Shown here: positions 39,501-48,548 of the stretch, piece by piece
Position numbering within the stretch: position 1 is the stretch's first letter
Layout of the letters: each line of letters starts with the position of its first letter
Assembly: GCA_964609095.1 (NCBI GenBank)
Contig: CAZSQN010000001.1
Coordinates: 130,354 to 194,353, forward strand
Length of the DNA stretch: 64,000 nucleotides
Direction: 5' to 3'
DNA from: an uncultured Gammaproteobacteria bacterium
GTDB taxonomy: Bacteria > Patescibacteriota > Patescibacteriia > CAZSQN01
The notes under the pieces: model-generated
Told to the model about the DNA's origin: nothing
Database searches by the model: none
The model's input: only the letters and a program-made list of their open reading frames with translations
Translations under genes and position numbers: made by a program

Positions 39501-42500
39501 GTTTCCAGAGAACAGGAGGACTTGGCTTATGTCGCCTCGGCTTTGGCCGGCGACGATATCTGCGTTTCGTTAAACGCTGATGCTTATGATTGGATTTGGA
39601 GCGTGCGCGAAGCGGACGGCTCACTGTTATCCGGAATCAATCCCGAAGCCAGAGTTGCCAATAATGACAATCTAGGCGGCGGAGCTGACGGGCTTTCTCC
39701 TGACGGACGGGTAGACAGCCGCCAGAGCGTCAGCACTCTTGCCGAAACCATTCCTGATCCGCCTGTTTACGTGCATGCGGCGGCGGCGGAAAGGACCGGC
39801 CGCGGCCGGCTGACAATTGATTTTACCGACCCGGAGATTGTGGAAAGCTGGCCTGCCTGCGACTCGGCCTGCGTCAACGCCGAGGTGGCGGCAAGATTCA
39901 ATACGGCCATGGACGCGGCAAGTTTTGCCGGAAACGCGTTTTTGCAACGTTGCGCCAACGAGTCGTGCCGGCTTTTTGATCAGGATATCTCGGTTTCGCC
40001 GTCTTATGACGAAGACGCTCGGATTTTAAGAATTGAACATCCTGCTTTGGAACCCTCGCGTTATTATCGCGTCAGGATTGGCAATGCGGCCAGATCGCGG
40101 TCCGGCGTGAATTTAACCCGTCTTAATTATGGAAATTATTATTCCTGGATTTTCCGCACCAAAGACGACAGCGCCGGCTGCGGCGTGGCGTCGGTGGATG
40201 TGTCTCCGGCAAGCATCCAGCTTTATTATCTTGGCGCCAGGCAAACGTTCAGGTCCGCGCCAATATCGCCTCCTGATGAATGTTCGCCCTCCGGCCAAAG
40301 ATTGACCCCGACCGATTATTCATGGGGCTGGGATGTCAGTAACAGAAATGTGGCGGAACTTTTGGATGACGGCGCTTTAAATGTTCTGCCGACTTCCGGC
40401 GTTAACGGCTGTTCTGATAAATGTCTGCGCGTCGGTTCGTCTGCCGGAATTCCGGTTTGCGGAAACGGCGGAGCTCCGGAGCGGGGCGAGGATTGCGATG
40501 ACGGAAATACTGTCTCGCGCGACGGATGCAGCGAGATTTGCTTAAGCGAGGGTTCTGATTTTGGCGGGAGCGACTGCGGCGACGGAAATGTCGGCGTGGG
40601 CGAGGATTGCGATGACGGAAACACGACTGCCGGAGACGGATGCGGTTCTTATTGTCTGAATGAGGGCTCAACCGCCGGCGGGTCGCTTTGCGGAAATAAC
40701 GATCTCGGGGACGGCGAGGATTGCGATGATGGAAATACTACCGGCGGCGACGGCTGCAGCGCTGAATGTTTGGACGAAGGTTCTATTAAGGGCCCCATGT
40801 CTGTTTGCGGAAATAGGGTGATAGAAGCCGGCGAGGATTGCGATGATGGAAACACTGCTGCACGCGACGGCTGTTCAAGCAGGTGCCTTAACGAGGGAAG
40901 ACCCGCCTGCGCCAACGGCAACAGAGCCAATTGCTGCGGTAATGGAATCACCGACAATTTTGAGGATTTTGATGACGGCAATACAACTTCCGGCGACGGC
41001 TATTCCAATCGCTGTCTGGCCGAGGGCTCGTCGATTTCTTACAACTCTATTTGCGGCAATGGTTCAAACGAAAACGACCTTGAGGCCGGCGAGGAGTGCG
41101 AGTTTACTTCGCGCGATAATCTGGTTGACCCGCTTCAGTACGCGGAAGCGCGAAATCAGGGGGAAACTTCCGTGAACGCTTCAACTGCCGGCCAAAGAGG
41201 ATCGGCCAATCTTCGCGTCCAATGCGTCTGCCAGAATGATTCTATGTGCGCTTCCGGCGGATTTCCGCCGGGTCTGGGCTGCGGCGCTGACAAATGCTGT
41301 TCCGCCCGTCCGAGAGTTGAGGAGGTTTCGCCTTTGGACGGTTCGCGAGACGCGTGCAGAAACGCGCTCCTTACAGCCAAGTTTTCCACTTTGATGGACG
41401 CAACTAGTTTTACTTCCGCCACGGTGCGGCTTGATTCCGCGGCTGTTGCGGGCGCGTGTCCGCAAGACAGCGCTCTGGTGGACGGGGTCTGGTGCGAAGG
41501 AGGCGCGGGCGAACTGCGTTTGGGCGCGCGCGCTGTTACTGAAGTCGTTGGCGAGATGGCGGAAGAAAAAACAATTTTGCAGATTTCCGGCGCCTCGGCT
41601 TTGCGCGCCAACACGGGTTATCGCGCGCGCATCATCGGCGATCCCAATATCGGCGATAACGCGACTCAAGGAGTAAAGAGCAAAACGGGCGTGGGCATGG
41701 ATGGCAATTACATCTGGACGTTTAGCACAGGCAGTGATATCTGTTCTTTGGACGAAGCGGAAATAGCTCCGTCTCCTGTTACATTTTTAACCACTGCTGA
41801 TCCGGATGGCACTAAGACGGTTGCCGTCCGCGCTTTAAGCAGAAGGAACGGCAATCTGGTGGAGATAGCCGGCATGCCAGAATATGATTGGGAATGGAGC
41901 TGGGCTGATTCAGACGCTATAGAGCCGGAATCAAAAATCATATCCCGCTCTGCCGGCGCGAGAAGAGAAGAACAAACAATTTCCAGCCGCCCAAGAAACG
42001 GCCAGATTACTTTGACCGCTACGGCGGAAATTATTACCGACACGTTTTTTACGCCCACTACCGCGAGGCGGTTAGTCGGGCCCGATGTTATTCCCGGTCG
42101 GCGCGTCAGTGATACCTCTTTGGTTATAGTAAATCTTTGCGAAAATCCCTGGCCGGAGCGGATAGGCGGTTTTTGGGAGCCGTTTACCGACGGGGATATG
42201 AATTTTTCATTATTTTATTGCCGCGACCGCGGCAATCAGGGAACTGCCGATGACCTGCCCGGGCTTATTGCCACCCGCGTTCCGGCTCCGCCTTCTCCAA
42301 ATATCATCCGTGAATATCTGTTTGCGGCCAATCCTTGTCCGGAAGATGGCACCGGTTGCGAAGCCGGGGACGCGCTGGGTATGAGGATAGCGGCTAACGG
42401 CGAGCATCTTTCCCCCCGCGACTGGTATTACCGGCAGGGATTCCGCGGTTCTCCAAGTTCCCGGGTTATTGACGGTTACGCCGGCTTGGAAGATGGAAGA

Positions 42501-45500
42501 ACGGTTTATGTAAACGCGGCAAACAAAATAGGCGACCCGGTTTATACCAACATTTATATTGTTTCTTATAACGAAGGCGCCGGAGATGATGTTGTGGCCG
42601 CGCGCGATCAGATTCTTGCCAACTGGAAACTTTCAACCAATGTCGGCTCCGCCCGGCGCTGCGTTGACGCTGACGGATTGCCTATGACTGTCGGTGAAGG
42701 AGCGGAGAGAAACCCGGCAGTATGTTTAAGCGACGCGGACTGCCGCGGAATCGGCGAGCCGCCGCGGGACGGATTCTGCGACGCCTCCGGAGACAAATTG
42801 CGCCGCGACGCAATCCGGCTCGGCGATGTAAGGTCAATGGAGATTGCTTTAAACGCTTATAAAAACAGCCACAAGCATTGTTCCAGAAATGTTGACAGGA
42901 TTTGTATTATTGACAGCAATTGCCCGAGCGGCGAGCAATGCGTTGGCGATTATCCCAGAATGACCGCCGGCACTTTTATTCCGTCGTTATCCGTTTCAAA
43001 GTGGCCTTCGTGGCAGAATCTGGGCAGCGAGCTCGGCGTCACGCTCCCCAATGACCCTTTGAATAATTATTCATCTTGTCCCGACGGCGCTCTTCGCGCG
43101 ACCTGCTGGAATTCGCAAAATCAAACTTACGCCTGCAATGAATTTTCAAACGTGTATCATTACCGAAATCGCGGCGGCACGCGCTATGATTTGTCCGCGG
43201 AGCTGGAATTTGGACCCTTGCCTCATGAGGTGGCGGATGGCGTTGCTGATTCCGCCCTCCGCGTTAATTTGTGGGCGCCGCTTCCGACAGGGCCGATAAT
43301 TCCCGGAGAAACAACTTATGAGCTTAATTTCAACGAACAATGCCAAGGGGTAACTCTTTCCGCAAATAATCTTTGCGGCGACGGAGTGGTTGGTCCGGAT
43401 GAGCAGTGCGAGGCGCCTTCATCAGATATTGTTTCTTGCGAAGCTGGCGGCAGAGCCGGGTTTGCCAATCTGACCTGCGGGGCTGATTGCCGGTGGTTTG
43501 GAACGCAAGGGTGCCAGACCGGCAGATGCGGAGACGGAGTAAGGCAGGAGCCGGAAATTTGCGATGACGGAGTGAGAAACGGCTCTTACGGCCGCTGTAA
43601 TGTTTCCTGTACCGGAATCGGCGATCGCTGCGGCGACGGCGGGCGGCAGGGGCCGGAAGTTTGCGATGAGGGCCAATTAAACGGCCAATACAATCATTGC
43701 GCTTGGGATTGCCGGAGCAACCCCGGAACTTATTGCGGAGACAAAGTAAAAAATGGGACCGAAGAATGCGATGGAGAAAAAGGCGTGGCCAATGTAGAAG
43801 GTCTTCCCGTTTGCGGAGCGAACGCGCAAGGATTTCCAACCGGCCGCAATTGCCGGAGCGATTGCGGTTGGAGCGGCTGCGAGGCAATGGGATTTTGCGG
43901 CAATGGCCTTAAGGAAGGAAGGGAAGAGTGCGATGACGGAAACGCCAATAATACCGATGGCTGCATTATTATTTCCGGCCGCGAGAGCGATCTGGCTGTT
44001 TCTTGCAGAAATGCCCGTTGCGGCGACGGGTTTACTTATAATGGAACAGAGCTTTGCGATGCCGGGCCGGAAAACGGCGTTTCCTGCGTTCCCGGATACG
44101 GCGTTTCCTGCAATTACTGCACCAACCTCTGCAATCCGGCAACTATCTCCGGAGGTTCCTGCGGGGATGGACGAGTTTCCGGGCCGGAAGTGTGCGATGG
44201 CAATCTTAAAGCCAATAATCAAGCGCTGCTTAATACAGAAACCTGCCATGGCAATTGTCTGGCAATTTGTCCGCCGACTTTTGAAGAACGAGGCGCGACT
44301 TGGAGAAAGGCGGCTTTGGCAGATGGAGTTGCTCCGTCGCCGTCAGCATCCGTGGAAGTGGCCGCGAATGAAGAAGCGACCTTGATTCTTCCGGCCTGCC
44401 GCAGTTCTTCGGGAGAGCGCCGTTGTATTGGCGGGACAAATGCCGGAAATGTATGTACGGGCGAAATAGAAGGGTTTTGTGATGTGGACTGCGCTTATCA
44501 ATGTCCGGGCGGGCGTTGCGGTGAAGCTCATCCCATTACTGCCGACCTGGCTTTTACTGAAGCTGAACTGTCGCCGATTGACGTGGTGTTTGTGACGGAT
44601 CTCTCAGGCTCCATGAATGTGCCAGACGCTTCTTGCGATAATCCTGACGAGAGTAAAAATTGCGATATGCCCGGAGGCGGAACAGATACCTGGGAAGGGA
44701 AAAAATGTTCTGTTGACGCTGATTGCGTGCGACCGCGGCCAAGAAGAAGCAGCATAGTCGGCACATGCGTGACTGCCGATACCCGTATAGAATGCGCTAA
44801 AGACGCGCAGAAAAAAGCCATTGATTCGCTTTTTGACGCTTATCCGCGCGGGCTTATACATATAGGACTCGTGTCTTTTAAGGGCAATTCGGCAACAATG
44901 GATACGCCGGAAGTGTGCGGAGAAGGCAGGTTATGCGATGATCCAACCGCGCATCGGCGCGCGCTTAAAGATATTGTTGATGCTTATGTCGCGAGCGGAG
45001 GCACGCCGACCTCGCGCGGAGTTGATGACGCCCGTTGTATCCTTTTAGGATCTCGGCCCGATTCGCAAGATGTTTTGCATAATAACCCTTTTCCTAATTG
45101 TCCCGATGTTCCTATTACCAGAGATGTTGAGGATTTAAGAAATAATATCAAGACCGTTCTTTTGATGAGCGATGGCGCTCCGTCAGGAGGATTTAATCCT
45201 GCCGCCGCCGCAACTGCGATTAAAACCAGCCATACTTTTACCGAAGGGAACGAAGAAGTGGTTATTCCGCCCTCCTATGTTTATTCTATGGCTTTTACCA
45301 ATTCCACCGCGCTTATTAAAGATATGATTGATTGGAGCAGCGATTGCCGCACATTTGGAGTTTCCGAATGGAATGCCGGAGAATGCCTTTTCTCCGATGG
45401 CGCGGCCGGAAGCGCTGATGACCTTAACGCGCATAACGCGGATACGACGCACGAGGAATACGGTTATTCATCAACGACGGACCTTACTCCGCTTTACACT

Positions 45501-45719
45501 GCCATTATCGGATCAATCACCGGCGTTCGTGTTATTTTAGAAAACGGCAATGAAGCGGCCGCGACCGAAGTTGCCCCGGGCGGAGACAGGCCGCTTTTCG
45601 TGCCGGCTAATTTTAGCTGTAATCCGAATAGGGCCACCGAACTTGCCGGCCGCATCCTTTATAAAGGAAGGGGAACAATGAGAGTATCGGACACAAAGTT
45701 GTCCGCTTGCTTCCCGTGA
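36528..45719 (+). CDS. Giant (about 3063 aa) multidomain surface adhesin-like protein
   Basis: Start ATG 36528 overlapping upstream stop; N-terminal VirB2/TrbC-like module; Ig-like domains (about 37000-37650, 39100-40100); 4-5 IPT/TIG domains (about 37780-38900); six tandem Myxococcus-type Cys-rich repeats CGxGxxExGEDCDDGNTxxGDGCSxxCLxEGS (40458-41130); second Cys-rich repeat bank (about 43375-44215); C-terminal VWA domain with MIDAS DLSGS (about 44575-45330). Confidence 0.85.
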   Translation: MKINYRQLKILFFIALALVGVVAFLSSPVLAAELNLGLEPVGAEIALPIADIRVVIVRIINIALGFLGILVVLLMLYGGFTWMTAGGDEKKIETAKKIITNAVIGLIIIILSFAISSFILRRLQEAVGGAGPGGPAGGRGPGAGGLPAGAFYTRAITPSGATSIRNVTVRAIFSSNVDSATLSGNLTVARASDSAVVSGRLTASSNVAEFVPDTPCPDANNDGAPDAPACFSADTDFRVIVSTGLRDDRGRPLQCGGLAPSCEGAFRTGSLVDTAPPSVQVTSPDDGANVPADSLVPLQAFGSDDSGVSYIEFSVDGRVIDSDAPTGGYADVEWDSTGASAGRHTISARAYDLDNNSAVSSPVNVSVRPAYCFNGVLDGDETAADCGGSCGACAASGCSSDADCSSGNCSNGICVETPRIDEVAPLDGQVGSLITISGAFFGDSPGRVLFRSATGETVATGGVCSDYWRDNQIVAAVPEGAIDGPIRVEASSGESDSTSDARGPVMPDFDVNNVLRPGICRIVPASARPDETFTLEGTGFGSAAPGANVSFGGRTAVTSSWADASIAGAVPRIASGRVPVQVTVGGGSSNPVYFNVLSLSAGREPQILEINPSAGPKGEYITLSGDNFGETVGTVTFRNPVTNDEARADVDLPEACATDFWRNNSITVKVPRRYNDGRTELSESAHSVTVVRSDGANSNAIDFAVTAGTAKPGLCAINPDNGPAGTDILLSGERFGVARGAVIFSQNQRVSPPEGAWNDEEIRVAVPEAAVTGPVKVVVGSQESNPLNFAVQNCNQSACDAGFSCCQSSGTCVREGESCAGAALSGGYAWRISTGPIPTTPRVVEECREAVSPSPSPWDARRGGNNVCVNAAINVRFTVDMDSSSLVPGNIVVERCLGEGAEPCASRELVTGRVDASVRAIRFVPLASLNANATYLVTLTTGLRAAGAAGGAMEENAARCGAGNAYCFRFKTRPNAENCAIGSSVMDPADFVSREQEDLAYVASALAGDDICVSLNADAYDWIWSVREADGSLLSGINPEARVANNDNLGGGADGLSPDGRVDSRQSVSTLAETIPDPPVYVHAAAAERTGRGRLTIDFTDPEIVESWPACDSACVNAEVAARFNTAMDAASFAGNAFLQRCANESCRLFDQDISVSPSYDEDARILRIEHPALEPSRYYRVRIGNAARSRSGVNLTRLNYGNYYSWIFRTKDDSAGCGVASVDVSPASIQLYYLGARQTFRSAPISPPDECSPSGQRLTPTDYSWGWDVSNRNVAELLDDGALNVLPTSGVNGCSDKCLRVGSSAGIPVCGNGGAPERGEDCDDGNTVSRDGCSEICLSEGSDFGGSDCGDGNVGVGEDCDDGNTTAGDGCGSYCLNEGSTAGGSLCGNNDLGDGEDCDDGNTTGGDGCSAECLDEGSIKGPMSVCGNRVIEAGEDCDDGNTAARDGCSSRCLNEGRPACANGNRANCCGNGITDNFEDFDDGNTTSGDGYSNRCLAEGSSISYNSICGNGSNENDLEAGEECEFTSRDNLVDPLQYAEARNQGETSVNASTAGQRGSANLRVQCVCQNDSMCASGGFPPGLGCGADKCCSARPRVEEVSPLDGSRDACRNALLTAKFSTLMDATSFTSATVRLDSAAVAGACPQDSALVDGVWCEGGAGELRLGARAVTEVVGEMAEEKTILQISGASALRANTGYRARIIGDPNIGDNATQGVKSKTGVGMDGNYIWTFSTGSDICSLDEAEIAPSPVTFLTTADPDGTKTVAVRALSRRNGNLVEIAGMPEYDWEWSWADSDAIEPESKIISRSAGARREEQTISSRPRNGQITLTATAEIITDTFFTPTTARRLVGPDVIPGRRVSDTSLVIVNLCENPWPERIGGFWEPFTDGDMNFSLFYCRDRGNQGTADDLPGLIATRVPAPPSPNIIREYLFAANPCPEDGTGCEAGDALGMRIAANGEHLSPRDWYYRQGFRGSPSSRVIDGYAGLEDGRTVYVNAANKIGDPVYTNIYIVSYNEGAGDDVVAARDQILANWKLSTNVGSARRCVDADGLPMTVGEGAERNPAVCLSDADCRGIGEPPRDGFCDASGDKLRRDAIRLGDVRSMEIALNAYKNSHKHCSRNVDRICIIDSNCPSGEQCVGDYPRMTAGTFIPSLSVSKWPSWQNLGSELGVTLPNDPLNNYSSCPDGALRATCWNSQNQTYACNEFSNVYHYRNRGGTRYDLSAELEFGPLPHEVADGVADSALRVNLWAPLPTGPIIPGETTYELNFNEQCQGVTLSANNLCGDGVVGPDEQCEAPSSDIVSCEAGGRAGFANLTCGADCRWFGTQGCQTGRCGDGVRQEPEICDDGVRNGSYGRCNVSCTGIGDRCGDGGRQGPEVCDEGQLNGQYNHCAWDCRSNPGTYCGDKVKNGTEECDGEKGVANVEGLPVCGANAQGFPTGRNCRSDCGWSGCEAMGFCGNGLKEGREECDDGNANNTDGCIIISGRESDLAVSCRNARCGDGFTYNGTELCDAGPENGVSCVPGYGVSCNYCTNLCNPATISGGSCGDGRVSGPEVCDGNLKANNQALLNTETCHGNCLAICPPTFEERGATWRKAALADGVAPSPSASVEVAANEEATLILPACRSSSGERRCIGGTNAGNVCTGEIEGFCDVDCAYQCPGGRCGEAHPITADLAFTEAELSPIDVVFVTDLSGSMNVPDASCDNPDESKNCDMPGGGTDTWEGKKCSVDADCVRPRPRRSSIVGTCVTADTRIECAKDAQKKAIDSLFDAYPRGLIHIGLVSFKGNSATMDTPEVCGEGRLCDDPTAHRRALKDIVDAYVASGGTPTSRGVDDARCILLGSRPDSQDVLHNNPFPNCPDVPITRDVEDLRNNIKTVLLMSDGAPSGGFNPAAAATAIKTSHTFTEGNEEVVIPPSYVYSMAFTNSTALIKDMIDWSSDCRTFGVSEWNAGECLFSDGAAGSADDLNAHNADTTHEEYGYSSTTDLTPLYTAIIGSITGVRVILENGNEAAATEVAPGGDRPLFVPANFSCNPNRATELAGRILYKGRGTMRVSDTKLSACFP
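40458..41130. repeat. Tandem about 117-bp coding repeats (Cys-rich module) inside the giant gene
   Basis: gaggattgcgatga(c/t)ggaaa(t/c)ac recurs at 40490, 40598, 40715, 40832 with conserved spacing; six protein-level copies. Confidence 0.8.
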
Positions 45720-45794
45720 ATTATGAATAATGAATTAGGAATAAGGAATCGTTGAATCAAAAATTCATAATTCCTGATTCCTTATTCCAAAACA

Positions 45795-46664
45795 ATGACT
45801 GACGAATTACAATCGCAACCAATAGCTACGGAGACAATGCCGCCAGAAGCAGAAATAACGGCGATTAGGCGCAAGAAGCCGATTGTTTTGGGCTTGGTTT
45901 CCATCCTTTTAATTGTTATAATAGGAGGCGGAGTGATTTATTTTTTCAGAAATAAAATAGGCCTGCCCGGCAGGCCCGTTCCCTTGCCAAGGGTAATGGA
46001 AAAAATAGAAAATGGAAGAGCCCGCTGCACCGCGGCGCGGGATAAAGAAAAGTGTTTGTCTGAACTTACTTTGGATGAGGCGGTCGCCGGCAAGCAGGTT
46101 GCGGCTTGCGAAAAAGTGGCGGATGCTTCTTTGCGCGACGGCTGTTATGACACAATCGCGCGCGAACTCGGCGATGAGAAGATGTGTACCCGCGTTTCTC
46201 TGCCCGCTGCCGCTGATGATTGCGCCGGCGCCATAATTTTTGCCAAATCCAAAAAGTCAGACGATATGGCTTTGTGCGCGGCCATTGCTTCGCCGCGATG
46301 GCAAGACGGTTGTTATAGATTTATTTGGAGCGAACGGGGAACCAGAGAACTTTGCGAAACGGCTGGAGATAAGCGCGATCAGTGTCTTAATTTTATTATA
46401 ACGAGCGAAGCTGCGGGGAGCGGAGAGCCGGCATTGTGCGCTGAAATTTCCGTTGAAGAAGAACGGGTTGCTTGCGAAGAGCTTGCCAGCGAAGCCGCGG
46501 CCGAAACGGCTTCTGCCCGCGACGATGACGGTGACGGTCTTACAAATGCGGAGGAAGCAAGATACGGAACAAATCCAAATAATCCAGACACGGATGGTGA
46601 TGGATTTAAGGACGGGGACGAGGTAAAGGCGGGGTATAACCCAAAAGGACCGGGACGTCTATGA
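45795..46664 (+). CDS. Membrane-anchored protein with novel Cys-rich repeats and C-terminal thrombospondin-type-3 Ca-binding repeats
   Basis: 289 aa; N-terminal TM; about 5 repeats C-x7-9-(R)DGCY; C-terminus DDDGDGLTNAEE...DTDGDGFKDGDE...GYNPKGPGRL. Confidence 0.6.
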   Translation: MTDELQSQPIATETMPPEAEITAIRRKKPIVLGLVSILLIVIIGGGVIYFFRNKIGLPGRPVPLPRVMEKIENGRARCTAARDKEKCLSELTLDEAVAGKQVAACEKVADASLRDGCYDTIARELGDEKMCTRVSLPAAADDCAGAIIFAKSKKSDDMALCAAIASPRWQDGCYRFIWSERGTRELCETAGDKRDQCLNFIITSEAAGSGEPALCAEISVEEERVACEELASEAAAETASARDDDGDGLTNAEEARYGTNPNNPDTDGDGFKDGDEVKAGYNPKGPGRL

Positions 46665-46755
46665 TAGAATCTGGAATCTGGAATCTGAAATTTAGAATTT
46701 GAGGTTTAAATTAAAATTCTAAATTCTATATTCTAAATTCTATATTCTAAATTTT

Positions 46756-47442
46756 ATGTTCGAAAACACTCCGCCTAATTTACCAACCGCTAAAGAGCCG
46801 GAAGATATTTTTGGCGAAAAAAAATCGGCTCCAGCCGGAGCCGGAGCGCCGTCCGCGCCGGGAGCTCCATCTGCGCCGCCGCGTCCCGCTCCTCCGTCTC
46901 GTCCGCTAGTTCCTCCGCCTTTGACGCCGCCAGCCGCCCCCAAGCCGCCTGCGCCAGGAGCAGCGCCGTCTCGGGCAACTCCGGCAGCGGTTGAAAAGCC
47001 GTCAAAATCATGGAAAAGGGTGGTTTTATTTGTCGTTGTTTTGGCAGTTTTAGGCGGCGGAGGTTATTTTGCTCTGACTTATTTTGGTTTGTTGGGTCCT
47101 AAGAAGCCGGTTCCTTCGCCGGAAAAAGAAGAAACATTGCCGCCGCCTCCGCCCCCAGCGCCGGTTCAAGAAGAAACTCCGGCTCCGCCGCCTCCGCCCC
47201 CAGCGCCGGTTGATTCTGACGGAGACGGGTTGACCGATGAAAATGAGCAAAGCTTGGGCACTGACCCGCTTAAAGCCGATACTGACGCTGACGGACTTTT
47301 GGACAATGAAGAAGTGCGCATTTATAAAACAGACCCGTTAAATTCTGACACTGACGGCGATGGCTATAAAGACGGCGATGAGGTCAGAAATAGTTATAAT
47401 CCGAACGGTCCGGGCCGGCTTTTCCAAGTGCCGACACAGTAA
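46756..47442 (+). CDS. Proline-rich membrane-anchored protein with TSP3-like Ca-binding repeats
   Basis: 228 aa; Pro/Ala-rich N-term, one TM, PPPPPAP linkers, DSDGDGLTDENE...DTDADGLLDNEE...DTDGDGYKDGDE...SYNPNGPGRL C-terminus. Confidence 0.6.
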   Translation: MFENTPPNLPTAKEPEDIFGEKKSAPAGAGAPSAPGAPSAPPRPAPPSRPLVPPPLTPPAAPKPPAPGAAPSRATPAAVEKPSKSWKRVVLFVVVLAVLGGGGYFALTYFGLLGPKKPVPSPEKEETLPPPPPPAPVQEETPAPPPPPPAPVDSDGDGLTDENEQSLGTDPLKADTDADGLLDNEEVRIYKTDPLNSDTDGDGYKDGDEVRNSYNPNGPGRLFQVPTQ

Positions 47443-47519
47443 ATTGGAATAAAGAATTAAGAATTATGAATAATGGAAGTAGAATTCTTAATTCTTGATT
47501 CATAATTCATGATTCAAAA

Positions 47520-48548
47520 ATGATGGAACCGATTAAACCGCCATTAACTCCGTCTGCTCCATCCGCGCAGGCAATTTCCGAACCGGAGATTAAAACAATG
47601 CCCGAACGATTTATCGGCGCTCCTCTTAAAGCGCCTCCGAAACCGGTAGAAAAGGTTGTTGTGGTTGAAAAAGTAATAGAAAAAAAAGTTTTACCCCCGG
47701 CTCCTTTGCCTGTTGGTCTTAAAAAAGCGGGTTTTCCCAAGTGGGCAATAGCGGCGATACTTCTTTTAATAATCGGCGGCGGAGCAGGGCTTTGGTATGC
47801 GGTTTCATTAACTCCGGCCAAGCTGGTTGCGGTTACCCCGCCTCCTCCGCCGGCTCCATTGCCGCGCTGTTCCGACGGACTTGATAATGACGGCGACGGT
47901 TTGATTGATAATGCGGATCAGGGCTGCGAGAATCCAAGCGACAATGATGAAACTAATCTTCCGCCGCCCCCGCCGCCTCCGTCAGGCCCAAAGGCCGGCG
48001 CTGACAGCGATGCCGACGGTTTAACAGATGAAGAAGAAAAGGTTTATGGGTCCAATTTCCAAAATTCGGACTCGGATGGCGACGGATTTATTGATGGGGT
48101 AGAGTTGTTTCATCTGTATAATCCGGCCGGTCTGGCTCCGGTGCGTTTGATTGATACCGGTTCCGTCACGCTTTTTAAAGACCGTCTGGAGCGTTATCAA
48201 ATTTATTTTCCAAAACCATGGAGCGCTGTTGAAGCCCCGGACAGCAAAACAGCCGCTTTCCATTCTTTGGGAGAAGACGCGATGGAAGTTCTCGTGGAAG
48301 AAAACATTAACCGCCTTCCTATCACCAACTGGTATCTGGAGCGCAATCCAGGCGTCAAACCCGCGGAACTTGAAACATTTATAACCAAGAGTAATTTAGA
48401 CGGAGTAAAAAGCCCTGATCGGCTTACGGCTTATATCTCGGCCAACAGCTCGGTTTACGTCATCACCTACCGGCTGGGAGCCGATGAGACGATTAATTTT
48501 AGAAAAACGTTTGAGATGATGTTAAATAGTTTTACCCGATTGCGATGA
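47520..48548 (+). CDS. Proline-rich membrane-anchored protein with TSP3-like repeats plus extra C-terminal globular domain
   Basis: 342 aa; CSDGLDNDGDGLIDNADQGCENPSDNDE, DSDADGLTDEEE, DSDGDGFIDGVE, LYNPAGLAPVRL then about 140-aa domain; stop overlaps ybeY start (ATGA). Confidence 0.6.
   Translation: MMEPIKPPLTPSAPSAQAISEPEIKTMPERFIGAPLKAPPKPVEKVVVVEKVIEKKVLPPAPLPVGLKKAGFPKWAIAAILLLIIGGGAGLWYAVSLTPAKLVAVTPPPPPAPLPRCSDGLDNDGDGLIDNADQGCENPSDNDETNLPPPPPPPSGPKAGADSDADGLTDEEEKVYGSNFQNSDSDGDGFIDGVELFHLYNPAGLAPVRLIDTGSVTLFKDRLERYQIYFPKPWSAVEAPDSKTAAFHSLGEDAMEVLVEENINRLPITNWYLERNPGVKPAELETFITKSNLDGVKSPDRLTAYISANSSVYVITYRLGADETINFRKTFEMMLNSFTRLR

Noticed and set aside
40316-40981. Pro/Ser-rich minus-strand ORFs inside the giant gene, plus many other antisense ORFs at 37-45 kb
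   Set aside because: Artefacts of GC-rich repetitive coding sequence on the opposite strand
40458-41130. CRISPR array
   Set aside because: Repeats are in-frame coding repeats of unequal spacing with protein-level conservation; no cas genes; no other CRISPR-like arrays seen
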